NCBI RefSeq assembly: GCF_048593235.1
Contig: NC_133618.1
Location: 498,623,675-498,687,674, forward strand
From: Sminthopsis crassicaudata
Taxonomy: Eukaryota
Direction of reading: 5' to 3'
DNA: 64,000 bases
The notes below the pieces were generated by a model. It did no database searches and was not told where the DNA came from. It was given only the letters and a program-made list of their open reading frames with translations. Shown piece by piece: positions 35,492-48,200 of the stretch (the stretch's first letter is position 1; every line of letters begins with the position of its first letter). Position numbers and translations under genes: made by a program.

Positions 35492-35972
35492 GCAGAAAGA
35501 TGGATTCACCTGCACCCTCCCTAGCCAGGGGTAGATGAAAAGACCCAAGGAAATCATGAAGAAGAAACCTACAAGACTTCTAAGTGAGGCCACCAAAACA
35601 AAGAAAGTTTTAAAGTGCTTTACTAGAAAGGCTAGACTCATTTAGAAAGAAACATATGTATTGTGGGTATTGAGGGAGCAAATTTGAATTTTCAGTTCTA
35701 CAATCCTCATAATTCTGAGTATTTCAGGGAATCTATCAGTAGCATCCTTGAGTATATATTATATTTTAAAAATCATTTCTCTCATCCATTGTTTTGGAAT
35801 TTTTATTAATTTGTGTCTTGTATCTTCAAACTCATAAGAACAGTTTGGGACTTGAAGGTAATTTGTCTCCCTTTTTGAGTTACTATTTGCATGTAATTTT
35901 CCAGTCTTGAAAGACAAAAATTTTATTGGTTTCTTATGCTGTTACTTATCATTTATTCATTATAATAGCAAA

Positions 35973-35978
35973 ATTAAA
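35973..35978 (+). terminator. SWI5: Candidate polyadenylation signal, SWI5
   Basis: ATTAAA about 480 nt after the stop codon. Confidence 0.4.
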
Positions 35979-38900
35979 GTGAAATCACTATCCTCGGTGC
36001 AGCCCCTCATTTGGCCAAGTGTGCTTTCCAACTTTGCTGCAGGTGGGGGGCAAGGCAGCTTCAAATGGGACATGTCATAGTTTCTATTTATGCCAAATGG
36101 TAAAAAATATTTTCAGGGAGAATTTTAATGAACACCTACTATGTATAAGGTATTTGGAAATTGTGGTAGTGGCCTTAACCTATTTTCATTCCTTTTAAAA
36201 ACTGAGAAGAGACCTGATAGGGAAGGGAGATTGAAATTAGGAATTGTATCTTGGTTAGACTCCCAAGAAACTCTTTAAAATAACAGTTCTTAAGACTGAT
36301 CCCACTTGAGAATATCTTCTCCAGGATGGTAACAGCAGTATAGTTAGTAACTCCCCACAAAAGTCAAGAATTACTGTTCAGCACAAAAGTCAGTATGTAA
36401 ACAGTCTCCTTCCCCTTGTTCCTCCTTTCTGGCTGGCTGGGAATCCCAACCCCACACTGACACATTCTATCTTTCTACTTTGGATTAGCCACACATATCA
36501 TTGGGAAGAGGCTTGTAGGTCAGTAGTGGCTGGAGGACGACAAACCCTATTCCCAGCAGCCAATCCATTTCCTGAGCCTTGAGATTTCCCTGTTATAGGT
36601 GCAGCATCAGGTGCGGGCCTCTGGGAGGCAGTGTCACCCCAGGAATGAACCCAAGTCCTTCAATGCTGACTGCACAAGAAAGAATTCTCTGATGTCTTGA
36701 TCATATTTTACAAAGCATCAGCTGAACAACCTTGCACAGGATTGTCCAGGCAAGAAACTGGTGAAAGAAGCTGTTCTCTCCAACTGACTCCCCTCAACAT
36801 CTGAAGGGAGAAGGAATTCCAGGAAGCAATCATTGGGAGATCTGGATTATGGTCTGAGCCACAGATCCAATTGCTTTAATATCTTAATATGAAAGGTATT
36901 CTGGATAAAATATTCTAAAGTTAAAGCCTTAGCCATCTAGGTATTCCAGATTCCTAGAGTTGGAGAAGATAATCTTTAATAATGAATGATATCCCATCTT
37001 ACAGCATTGTGATAGAGGAAAAAAATTCATCATATTGGCTAGATACCAGTTCCTACTTGTCCTACCATAAGGTCATTTCCCCTCTGACACAGAAGTCTGT
37101 CCGTCAAAATATGTTCCTAAAGAAGCAAAATTACAGGGACTACATCTTGTTTTGCCTTTGCAACTTAGTTTTAGAAATTACCTAGAGTAAAGAGATTGTA
37201 ATTGCTGAAAGTTATAATGCCAATATGTGTCAGAGGTAAGACATGTCAGAGTCTTGCAGTTAAGACCAACTCACTCAATCCATTATGGCACTGCTTGTGC
37301 ATGACAGATATTTAATTTTTTGATTTGACTGGCTGCCCTTTAAAACAGTGAGTGAAGACTCATAAAGCTAAGCCCTACGTAAGCTCTCCTTAATGTTCAG
37401 GTCTGAAAGAGATTCAGGGTGAAGTTTTCGGATCTAGAATCTTCCAAGAGCATTGTGAAGAAACTGCCTGACTCAAATGTTTTCTGTTGGCCAGTCTGTG
37501 TGAAGGGTTAACAAGGATGCAGAAATCCTGGAGGGTGGGTGGGAGCAGTAAACCAGGCAAAAGGTTAAAATTACAAATCAAAATAGTCATCCATGTAATT
37601 AGTACAGCATTCCTCTATAGAAAAGATTTTGACTAGTTAAGTCATCATTGTCCAGAATAGAAAATTTATACTTCCATAACATGCTAGGCATCCAGATACT
37701 GGAAGGTCAGAAGATTAGTCAAGAGTAGGTTCATACTTCAACCTAATCATCTGCCCTATTTTTCAGACATCTAAATCTTATGCTTAGCATTCTCAAAAAC
37801 TTCTGACTTGACAGTCAACTTTTTCTTCCAGTCTATAAAAATGGAATAAGCAATAGATCTTTTCCTAACCTTTCTCCTTAAGATTCTTGTGTTAGAACTA
37901 GAAGGCAAAGTTAAAATGTAAACAATCCTACTGGTCATCTGAAAGCCCTCCCAAAATGAAAATTCCCACAAATGTAAGCCAAAAGTCCATTTCCAGGTTA
38001 AAAAGAAAGAAAGAAATACTGGAAGCATGCAGAAGGAAAGTTCAAGTATCTAAAAATCACAGGACACATAAGATTTGGCAACTACTATAACAAATGAGAA
38101 AAGAGTTTGGAATACTATAATCTAAAAAGCAGAAAGTAAGCTCATAACTAGGAATAACTTGCCCAGAAAAAAAAAAAAAGTGAGTATAGTTCTATAAATG
38201 AAATATGACATCCAAATATTTCTTATGAGAAAAACAGAAACTTTAAAATGTAAACACAGGAGTTAAAAGTAAATACATTTTAGAAATTTCAAGAGACTAA
38301 AAATGAATGAAGTTGCTTGTGTTTATTCCTCCAAGTTACATATGATGACCTTGGGCACAGGGGATTTAAAGCTCACAATTTTATAGTACCTTAAGGTTTA
38401 TAGAGAATGCTTGCTTTCCATACATGTTAAACATTCCCAAACTATCACAAATTAAACACAACTTTATTCTTAAACAGCAAACTTGCTAATTCTAAAACCA
38501 ACATTATTCAATTTGAATCAACTATAAATCAATAATTTTCTTTTGGTAAATGGTCACTTCAATCTTTCTCTAATCCTTAAATTTTGAAGGAGGAAATGCT
38601 GTTTTCTGGCTTCTTTATTCACCTTACCAAAAAAAAAAAAAAAGAAAGAAAAGAAAACCCGTCCAGCTGGTTTGTTAGGGTAAGGAATAGGACTGTTTGC
38701 TTCCACTGGCACATTTAGAAGTCTCTAAAAGAGCTGAGCTTAGCCATTGGGAATCCTCAAAGTATCCTAACTCTTTCAAATGTTAATGATATTAATCTTA
38801 TACTGTTATATATGTAATCACATATATTCATACATTATATCCTTTGATCATCACAATAACACTATGAAGTATATATTAATTATCTCCATTTTATAAATGA

Positions 38901-41014
38901 GAAAACCAGTGCTCATTCATATTTGGCAATTTGTCCACGGTTTTATGACTAACAAGTGACTAGAACACAGATTTTCTGATCAACCTGGGTTTTTTTTCAG
39001 AGTACACAAGGAAAGGTAACTTTGACACCAATATGTATGCAAAAACCTTAGGCAGAAAGGAACTGAGAGATCCAACACAGTGCTTCCCCCTAACTACTCT
39101 ACAGTTGGTATTCTTAACCATCTTCTGTGAGATGCTCCCTTAATAGTGAGTATTGTGTCTCACAACACAAACAGGAAATTCTTAGGGATGACTAATATCA
39201 ATCATACCTGTGGACACTGAAACCACTTCCCTGTGACCTTGCCATCACTACAGATAGGGGAGAGCTCTTTGCTATCCTTCATTTCTTTCCTTGGGTGAAA
39301 TGTAGCAATTACTATCTAGCTGAAGGGTCAGGAAGAAAGATTTTGATAGAGCACCAGAATATATGCATCTAGGATATAACTACTTTGTGTAAATGCTGTG
39401 CAAATTATGGGCCCTAGGGGTTCCTGGATCCTGTTTTCTTTATATGGGACTTTAAGTTAATAAACATTTATAACATTCATAAAAACTGAGCTAGAAAAAA
39501 ATACCTTAAGAGCCAAAATTAGAGTGGAGAGTAACTGGGGGAAAAAAAAAAAGGACTAAAACCTAGTCAGAGAGGGAAAAGGGCCTGAGGTTATTTGTGA
39601 AGTAAACAAGCAGAGACCAAAAACAGGAAAAAACTATGTGTCAAAGACTAAGACTAAGCTCTTATTTCTTACATAATTAAAACAGCACAGTGCTAAGCAT
39701 AAAAGTATACTGAAATAATTATTTCATTCCAATGAAATCACAATACTTGGCATTTCTCTTACTATACTTTTCATGTATGTATTGTATTAAGTGTATATAT
39801 CTTTTATTCTACCCCTACCCCCACTACACTGTAAGCTCTAAGAAGTGTCTTATATGAACATTACCTACAGTCTAGTTAAGTGCTCATACACAGAAAGCAT
39901 TCTATAAACATGTGGGAGTGGATGAATGGTAGAAACTTAAAAAAAAAAAAAAGTTTTGACTGAAAAATTTAAGCTTTAGTACTTGAAAGAGTAGAAATTC
40001 AATTCTATTCACCAAGAACTTTTAAATATCCACTATATGCAAGGTGAAAGATACACTTGAAATGAACCTTTCTAAAAATTAGCTCTCCTGGCAGAATAGA
40101 AATGAGGAAAAGAGAAGAAATGAATACTTTTAACCCATCCCTGAACTCAAGTTGAATGGAGAAAATCAAGGCAGAAAGGCAGTTATCTGATTTGATAATC
40201 CATTTGGATTTTATGGGAGTTTGTATTTGTTGGAAGTAGAACATACCAAAAACCTTGGTTTGCTTAACAAAAGGGGTGGATACCTTCTGGAGGGAACAGG
40301 ACTGTATGAGTAATGATGGGTGGAGCTGATGCTTTAAGTTTATCAGCAATTACTATTCATTGTGACCTATTACTAAGCATAGCCCATACATTCCTATAAG
40401 ACTAGGTTTTAGAAGCTCTGGCTTCTAGATATACATATACAATAATCTGGAGGGGTAGCATCAGGGAAAAGGAGGCTGAAGAAAAAAGGCAGGAGAAAAT
40501 TTAGAATTACCAAATCCCTTCAGCAGGCTTTTCTAATCCCTAATCTCTAGGTTATTAGGTAACATATAACATGCTTTGCAATCACCTTTCTCTTCACTTC
40601 TAAACTAGCCCCATCCCAGAAAAACAGATGAGCCTCAGCCTTTCTTAAGTTCAGCCAAAAAGCCCATCTCTGGAGCAGAGTTTTAAAAAGGTTACCTGTC
40701 CTGCTCAGCCTTTCACTCAAAGATCCACCACCCTAAGCTGGGAGTTTTACAACTGTTAGCAGCACCTGACCCTCATACAGCACTGGAAAATTTACAGAAT
40801 TCTTTATACACAGTCTCATTTTATCCTCTTAATAACTGTGGTAGAAATGTGTACCAAAGAAGGCTCAAAAAAGTGAAGTGAGTTGGCCATGGTCATCTAG
40901 CTAAATGGCAAATCTAGGATTCAAACTCGGGTTTTCTGAGTAAAAATCCAGTGTTCTTTCCCTCACAACTATGCTACCTAGTGAATGAGATGAGGTGAGA
41001 TCTTTCAAGACAGT

Positions 41015-41394
41015 TGTGAAAGACTTTTGAGCATTGATTCAAGGGCATAATCAAGTCCCCTTCCTGCTATCTTCCCATGACACAATTTCCTCCCAATTTC
41101 AGTCAAATATGGGCAACTATGTATTTATTGGTCAAGTTCAATTTCGTGGGTATATCTCGAGTTTAGAATGTAATACTCTCAGCCAATGAGGATGAGGGTC
41201 AGTGGTGGGAGGGGATGTTTTGCATTAGGGATTAAAGGTGCTGTCCTGCCCACAGGAGGCGCTTCCTCTCTTTGATTGTTTACTTGAAAGGTGGGATGCC
41301 CTTCTCTAGAGAATGTACAATAAACTTTGCTTTATTCTAGAGATCTCTCCAGCTTTTTTATTAAATGGTGACCCCTCACCATTTCCATACCACA
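41015..41394 (+). mobile_element. Putative solo LTR
   Basis: TG...CA ends, CCAAT 41183-41187, TATA-like gattaaagg, AATAAA 41319-41324; TSD not clearly resolved. Confidence 0.45.
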
Positions 41395-41444
41395 CACTAG
41401 AAATTTAGGAATCAAGGAAGAAAGGAAGAGACAAAGACCTGGTT

Positions 41445-41450
41445 TTTATT
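41445..41450 (-). terminator. TRUB2: Candidate polyadenylation signal, TRUB2
   Basis: AATAAA on the minus strand about 560 nt past the stop codon. Confidence 0.5.
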
Positions 41451-42009
41451 TGATTTCCACCCTCTCTGTAACAAAACCCATAACAATCCCAGCTATTAAA
41501 TGCTCCGAATTCTTCATAGAATCCTTAGTTCTTCCTAATTCCTCCCTCTCAAGATTGATAGAAGGGATCCTCTCAAAACTTAAGTATTCAAGAATATAAA
41601 TTCCTCCTCCTTTAATATCTTCCTCTTCTCACCACTTCTTCCTGGAATCTCCACCTCTCTATTGACTTTGGCCAGATTGTGCCAGAATCAACAAGGCTGC
41701 CAAGGATGCTGATTCAGAGGCTCTCTCTTAGCTATGTTCACTAGACTAAGAACACCAAGTCATTTCCTTATATCAAAGCCAGGGGGCAGGACCTTTTACT
41801 TACTAAACACACAAGGATGATTTTTAAAGTGTCCCAAGTCTTCCTCCTGGCAGTCAATGAACTCTAACCTCAGTCAGGTCGAGGCTCTCTCTCCTGCAAT
41901 CCAGTTATTTGCCAGCTTCCATACCATGCAGTACCCTCCCCTGCTGTTCTTTCCTCAGGCTGTGCGCCTTATTCTACCTAGCACATGGGGAAAGTTTGTG
42001 ACCTGGATG

Positions 42010-42281
42010 TTAGGAAACAGATTGTCCCACAAGGTCTGGATGGCCCAGTGCTCTGGTCTGGCATTTTTCAAGCTCCGCCTCTACTCGAGGGGCTGCTTTT
42101 TGGATCGATGTCTGAATGTTGTGAATGTTCCACTGTGTCCGCAGGAGGGCATCCTCCAGGGTGAAGACCCCATCTCGGGTCCGCCGCACCTGAGTACAGA
42201 CCGCAGACGATTTTAGTTCTAACCCAATCTCGTGCACCACTCGACGGAGCAGCTGCTGGGTCTCATGCATGCACTGAATCT
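42010..42281 (-). CDS. TRUB2: TRUB2 exon 8 (last)
   Basis: IQCMHETQQLLRRVVHEIGLELKSSAVCTQVRRTRDG...GQSVS-TAA. Confidence 0.95.
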
Positions 42282-45200
42282 CTGCACAGAGAAAGGAATG
42301 TAAGGAAACACGTAAGTGCGGGAAGCAGAAAAGAAGAAAAGCAATCCATAAAAAGGAGCAGGAGGAAAGGGAACTGAGCAAGGCCAGAGTGAAAGAAATT
42401 CACTGGGGCAGCTTTTACAAGAGATGCCAACCAATCCTGGGAACATGCCTCTCAATATAACCTTTGCTCGCTAGGATTCTGCATCAAAGAATGATCTGGC
42501 ACGAGACAGGAGACCACTTGTTCTCTGAGGTCTGTTATCTGGCAAGGTCCTGGCGCCAAGGCTGGGAAGAAGCTGGAGGCCCTAAGAGTGAGTGAGTGAG
42601 CTGCCATGGCACTGGATGATGTCAGGAGACTTCCTCTGCTCAGACCATCTGGGGTTGTCAGAAAGGGAGGTACTGCCAGCAGGACTGAGAAATGCCAGCC
42701 TTTCCCCAGGATTACCTTCAACCTCCTGTTCTCAGGCTGACAGGTTATCCACAGTCCCAAATCCTACCTAAAAGGAATTCAGGAGGAGCAAATTCAAGAC
42801 ATCGGATTCCTGTAATCAGCATTGGACTCTTGTCCATGGGCCGGATTAACCCTTTCACAGCCATTTCATAGGCCTCTTGAGTTTTCAGGTCGAGATTGGA
42901 ATACCTAGAGAAGAAGATAACAATTTTCACTGACCACATCATAATAAGAGCTTGGAAATATGGTAATATGTCTTCCCTTTCCTAACTCCAAATGGGGTTC
43001 TCTTGAAAGGTGTCCCTTTCCCTTTTGCCTAACCAAAAATATTTTAATGTTATGAAGGACCAAGTAGATTCAATTCAATAAAAATTTATTGAGCAACTAC
43101 AAGGTACTTTTGAGGATACACAAAAAAGACAAAACCCTTGTCCTTGGAGCACAAAGAATGAGGCCACAAAGAATACAAGGTAATATATAATCTAGGATGG
43201 CATAGAAGACATACACACATCTTATGAAATATGATTCATTCAATAGAAGGAGAGATCACATCTAGCTGGAGAGAAATCAGGAAAGGCTTCAAAAAAGGTA
43301 GCCTTTGACTTGGGTTTAAAAAAATAGATTAGGGGGAAGCTAGGTGGTGCAGTGGATAGAACACCGGCCCTGAAGTCAGGAGGACCTGAGTTTAAATCTG
43401 GTCTCAGACACTTAATACTTCCTAGCTGTGTGACCCTGGCCAAGTCACTTGACCCCAATTGCATCAGCAAAATAAAGAAAAAAAGAATAGATTGGATAGG
43501 AGGGGAGTCAAAAATAAAGAATAATGAGCAAAGACAGAGACATGGTATGGTCATTTAAGGAACAGAAAATATTTCAGTTTGACAAAAGAAGTAATGGGAG
43601 ATGTGGCTGAAAAGGTAATTTGAAGGCATACTATATGGAAGTATAAAACTATTTCCCAAGTCTTCATACTCAGGATTACTTTCATTCTCAGAATACTGAG
43701 AATTTTTGGCTTTTCCTATAGAGCATTGGTAGATCAAACTCCTGACAAATGCCTTGAGCATCTCAAACCAGATTAAATGTGCTCGGAAAATGTTTCACAA
43801 AATAAACATAAATGATGTTAATTTGTGGTTTTTCTATTTGAGTTTGATATCATTGTCATAGGCAATGGGGAACCAATGAGGGTTTTTGAGTAGTCTTTGG
43901 GGATGATCAATATAATATTTTATGAACAGGAATCAGATCCAGGAGAAGCTGGAAGATCAATTATGATGTTGTTGCAATAATACAGAATTCTGGTCATAAG
44001 GGAAAAGAAATGAGATGAGATAACAGAACAAAATTCAATGAGCATTTATTAAGTGGATACTATGTATAAAGGCCTATATATGATGACAAAGCAAAAAAAA
44101 AAAAAAAAAAAGGAAAACAGTAGCTGTCCTCACAGAGCTTACCTTCTTGTGAAAGGGATACATCTTTATGCAGATATATATGCAAAAAAATTCCATGAAA
44201 GGGCTAACAACTAACTAGAAGGATGATCGACTTGCAAGAACCAGACCACAGGACTTGGCAACTAATTTGATGTAAAGGTTGAGGAAGAAGTCATCCATGA
44301 CTCCCCAAATGTCAAGATATATTGATATTGATAATGCCATTAGTAGTCAACTACTTTGGGGTGAAGGGAAGACAAGTAGTTTTATTTTGGACTTAAGTCT
44401 AAGATGTTGGCAGGACATCTAGTGGATATATGACTTGGGAGCCAATTGTGTAGAAGTGATCATTAAAGCCACAGGATTAGATGAGATGGCAAAGGGAGAA
44501 AAAATGGAGAAAGAGGAGGAAATAACAGAATCTTGGTATAATATCTTTGGTTGCGAATCAGAAAGATGACAAATGTAGAAGCCAGAAAGATAAAAAATCA
44601 GAATCTGTAGATCCAAGGAACACTATAGAATTAACAGAAAGAAGAGTGCTACAAAGAAATTAAGGAAGCTGAGAGCTAAAAAATTTGCTAAGATGATGAC
44701 TGGTAATTGGGTCTCCCCGTCTTCCCCAGGAAGTATAGAAGCTAATCACAATTAGATCCTACTTTAATAGGAATAGGAGCTCTGACCAGCTATTTTCTCA
44801 GTGCCTCCCTGCTCCATGGATCTCACCATAGTAATACTGAACATTGTGGACACTTGATCAGCTTACCAAACAGCTAAGAGCAATTCAGAACTCCCAAATT
44901 CAAGAGATCCACCATCTTTAACCTCCCCTGGTAGCAGACTAAACAAGTGTGCACCTCCTTTACTTTGCAAAGAACAGCAGTGGGGATTGCTTACAAATAT
45001 TAGAAAGGGAATGAGTGAAGTAGAGGAAGTAATGATAAAGGGAACTCAATGGGGTAATGAGGTTGAGAGGATTTGTTGTTCCTGTTTAAAACATGGATCA
45101 TCTAACCTTGTATATAGACAGAAGGGAAGATGTTAATAGAGAGGAAGTGATGAAATATACAAGATAACAACCAAAAAAGGAAGGTCTCAGAAGAATCAGG

Positions 45201-48200
45201 AGAAGAACAGAAATAATGTTAAAAAACAAATAAACTCTAAAAGACTTAAGAACTATGAACAATCAATAATCAAGAATGTCTCCAGAGAACCTAGGGTGGA
45301 GAATATTACATACGTGCTGACTGAGAAGAAACAAGATGAAGTACAATATATACATCATATATACAGCACAGTATTGCATTCCTTTTGCCTGACTATATTT
45401 ACCTGTTGTGAAATGTTTTTTTCTTTCTCTTGGTTTTCATTTGGAAGGTAGGTTTGGACAAAAGAAGGGGCAGCAGTAGTGAGGCTGACAACACTGTCAT
45501 TTTTTTTCCAGTGCATAAAAGAGAACAGAAGGAAATACAGACAAGTAGGACAATGAAATGGAGATTCAAGGTTTCATATGAAATCTTTTTTTTGTGTTTT
45601 GTGGTATATGAAAACTTTTTAAATTTTCAAAATTAAAAACTATTAAAAAATTTTAAAAGAAGTCCTTTTTCAAGTAAACGAGGGAGAATCCCACCAAATA
45701 ACAAAAACACCTAAGCCTTTTCAGAAAAATGAAGCAGGATCATCTGTTGAATAAGAAGACCAGGGATGCCAGACCTGGAGGAGAGTGGACAAGTTGTGGG
45801 AATGGCAACGTGAAAAATCTGGCAGACAGAATATCTGGGTGACTTCCCCAGGTGCTTAGGAGAATAGACAGGAAAGACATCCCACGACAAGAACCACAGC
45901 CAAGACAGCATGGGTACTGGCAACAGCCTGGATTCCAGTCTCATTGATCACCTGCAGTGGGAAGGGGTGAGACTAGGTAGTCCAGTCTTGACACTTACGT
46001 TACCATTGCCTTCTGATGGGAGCCTTGGATGACTGCCAGGATTCTGCTGAGCTTCTCTGGGGTCACATGATCTGGGAAAAGCAATGGATATTAGAGGAGA
46101 ATCACCTGCATGACATGGGGCAAGAGGAAGCTGCCCTCATCCTGCTCAGTCTATGTCTCTTTATAGTTTCTCCAATTCCTCCTATTTCTCCTCTTCAACC
46201 TCTGAGTGGGACCGCACCCTGACAAGGTTGGGCCTTTGCAACAAACTCTGCTGTACCCACAGAAGCTCTCTGGCACATCTTGGGATGCCTTCACCTTCCC
46301 ACATAGCTCACCCATTGGGATCCGGGATCCTAGTACTTAATGGTGTCTTTCTTCCCTCTCCTTCAGGGCAAGTGGGATGATAGCTTTGTGAAGTAGAGCG
46401 TTAATCAGCAGAGGAAGGATTCTCTGGCTAATGCTGAAAAAGGTATAGTTATCTGTCTCCCCTACCACCACCCAGATACTAAACTGTCATAATCACTAAA
46501 GAGAATGAGCAAAGCTACTCAAATTCCACCCACATGCTTCCTTAGGCTCCATGTTTTCCTAATGTTTTTTCTCTTCCTTTTAAAATTCATTTTAGTCTAA
46601 TTTCATCTGGATTAACACAATGTGGGAGAGCCCATAGTTTGATCGCTCCTTATCTTGTACCTTCACACAAAAGGTTCTGGCAATATATGAGCCTCAGGCC
46701 ACTGGGGAACTAATTGGGGACAAATATATCTGCTGTCACTGCCTAAGGGTAAACCACTGGGGAAGTCAAGAGTAGTCTGCCTAAAATACAAGAATTCAGT
46801 CAGAATTTTGGTTGAGGAGCAGACCTGCTAGGAGGACTGAACAAGAGCACTTAGATTCCTAGAATCTTAAAATGACAGAAGACTTTAGGTGTGCAGACAC
46901 CTGCAAGATCACTGCAAGAATCAGAAGATGGGTTTCCAGCTCCCACTTGAACATTTTGAGTAACACAAAACTCATAAAGCATCCTATTTCACTATCAGGG
47001 AATTCTTGCTTATTTTATATTGAACCAAAATCTGCTTCCTTAATTTTTGCCATAGCTATTGGCAGTGTCCTGAAGACTAAACAGGGATACCAGGATGAAA
47101 GACTTTTAGAGCCAGAAGAGATCTAGTCCAGCTCCCCCAGTTTAAACATAAGAAAAATAAGACCCAGTGAGGTTTTAGATGGTTTGGTCAAAGTCACACG
47201 GGTAGTAAATATAAGAGCTAGGCAGATGGGGAGCATCAATTTTCTCATTCTTTCAACTGAACCCCACAGAAACATCATAGCTTAGGTCCTTGGATCCTAA
47301 ATTGAATGTTATTTTCTTACTGAAACCTCAAGCTCGTCTAACTGAGTGTTAGCAAAGAGACTTTAAAGTCAAAACCCTTAAAGTCCTTAGAGAAGGACTA
47401 GAAACTTCACACAATTAACAGCCCCAAGAATATTTATTCCCTATTCCCTGGGCTTTCACATGCACTTACCATAAGTTGTCTTTTCAATCAGCCTTCCTTC
47501 ATCTGAGAAGTCATCTGTGGCTTTGCCCAGGAGCCCACGAACTGTGTAATCCTTTGAGAAGGGAGATGGGGAGCATCAATTTTCTCATTCTTTCAACTGA
47601 ACCTCACAGAAGCAGCTTAGCTGAACACTGCAACTCTAGAGCACTACTGTGATTCCTACCAGATAGCCACTACCTTGCTGAGTAAATTCCACAAAGTCAA
47701 GTGACAGCAAAGCCTGTCACCCAATATTTATTATTCACCCACAGGTTGAGAAGCAGGCCATCAAATATACCATATATACTTCAAATGTACCCAGTTTGCT
47801 AGGTATAGAGCAGTATATAGCAGACAGTCCCTTCCCTCAAAAGTATGTCTTCTTTGTTCCTGACCATTTATTTATTTATTTGTTTTTATTAATAGTTTTT
47901 ATTTACCAGATATATGCATGGGTAATTTTACAACATTGAAAATTGCCAAACCTTTTGTTCTAATTTTCCCCCTCCTTTCCCACCCCCCAAGATGGCAGTT
48001 GAAATGGGTTCATGGCTTAAGACATAAAGGTGATACTATAAACAAATCAGGGAAAGTTTATCTATCAGATCTTTGGAGAAGAGAGGAATTTATGATCAAA
48101 CAAAAAATAGAGAGTATTATGACATGCAAAATGGATAATTTTAATTACATTAAATTAAAAAGATTTTGCATAAACAAAACCAATACAGTCAAGATTACAA

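Noticed and set aside
36599-36648. Possible alternative SWI5 terminal exon (ttccctgttatag|GAASGAGLWEAVSPQE-stop)
   Set aside because: Would replace the conserved Swi5 C-terminus; only a generic AG supports it
45711-45951. Acceptor-like site and hydrophobic ORF just downstream of TRUB2 exon 6
   Set aside because: The implied intron is only 47 nt, too short for normal splicing; no recognisable homology
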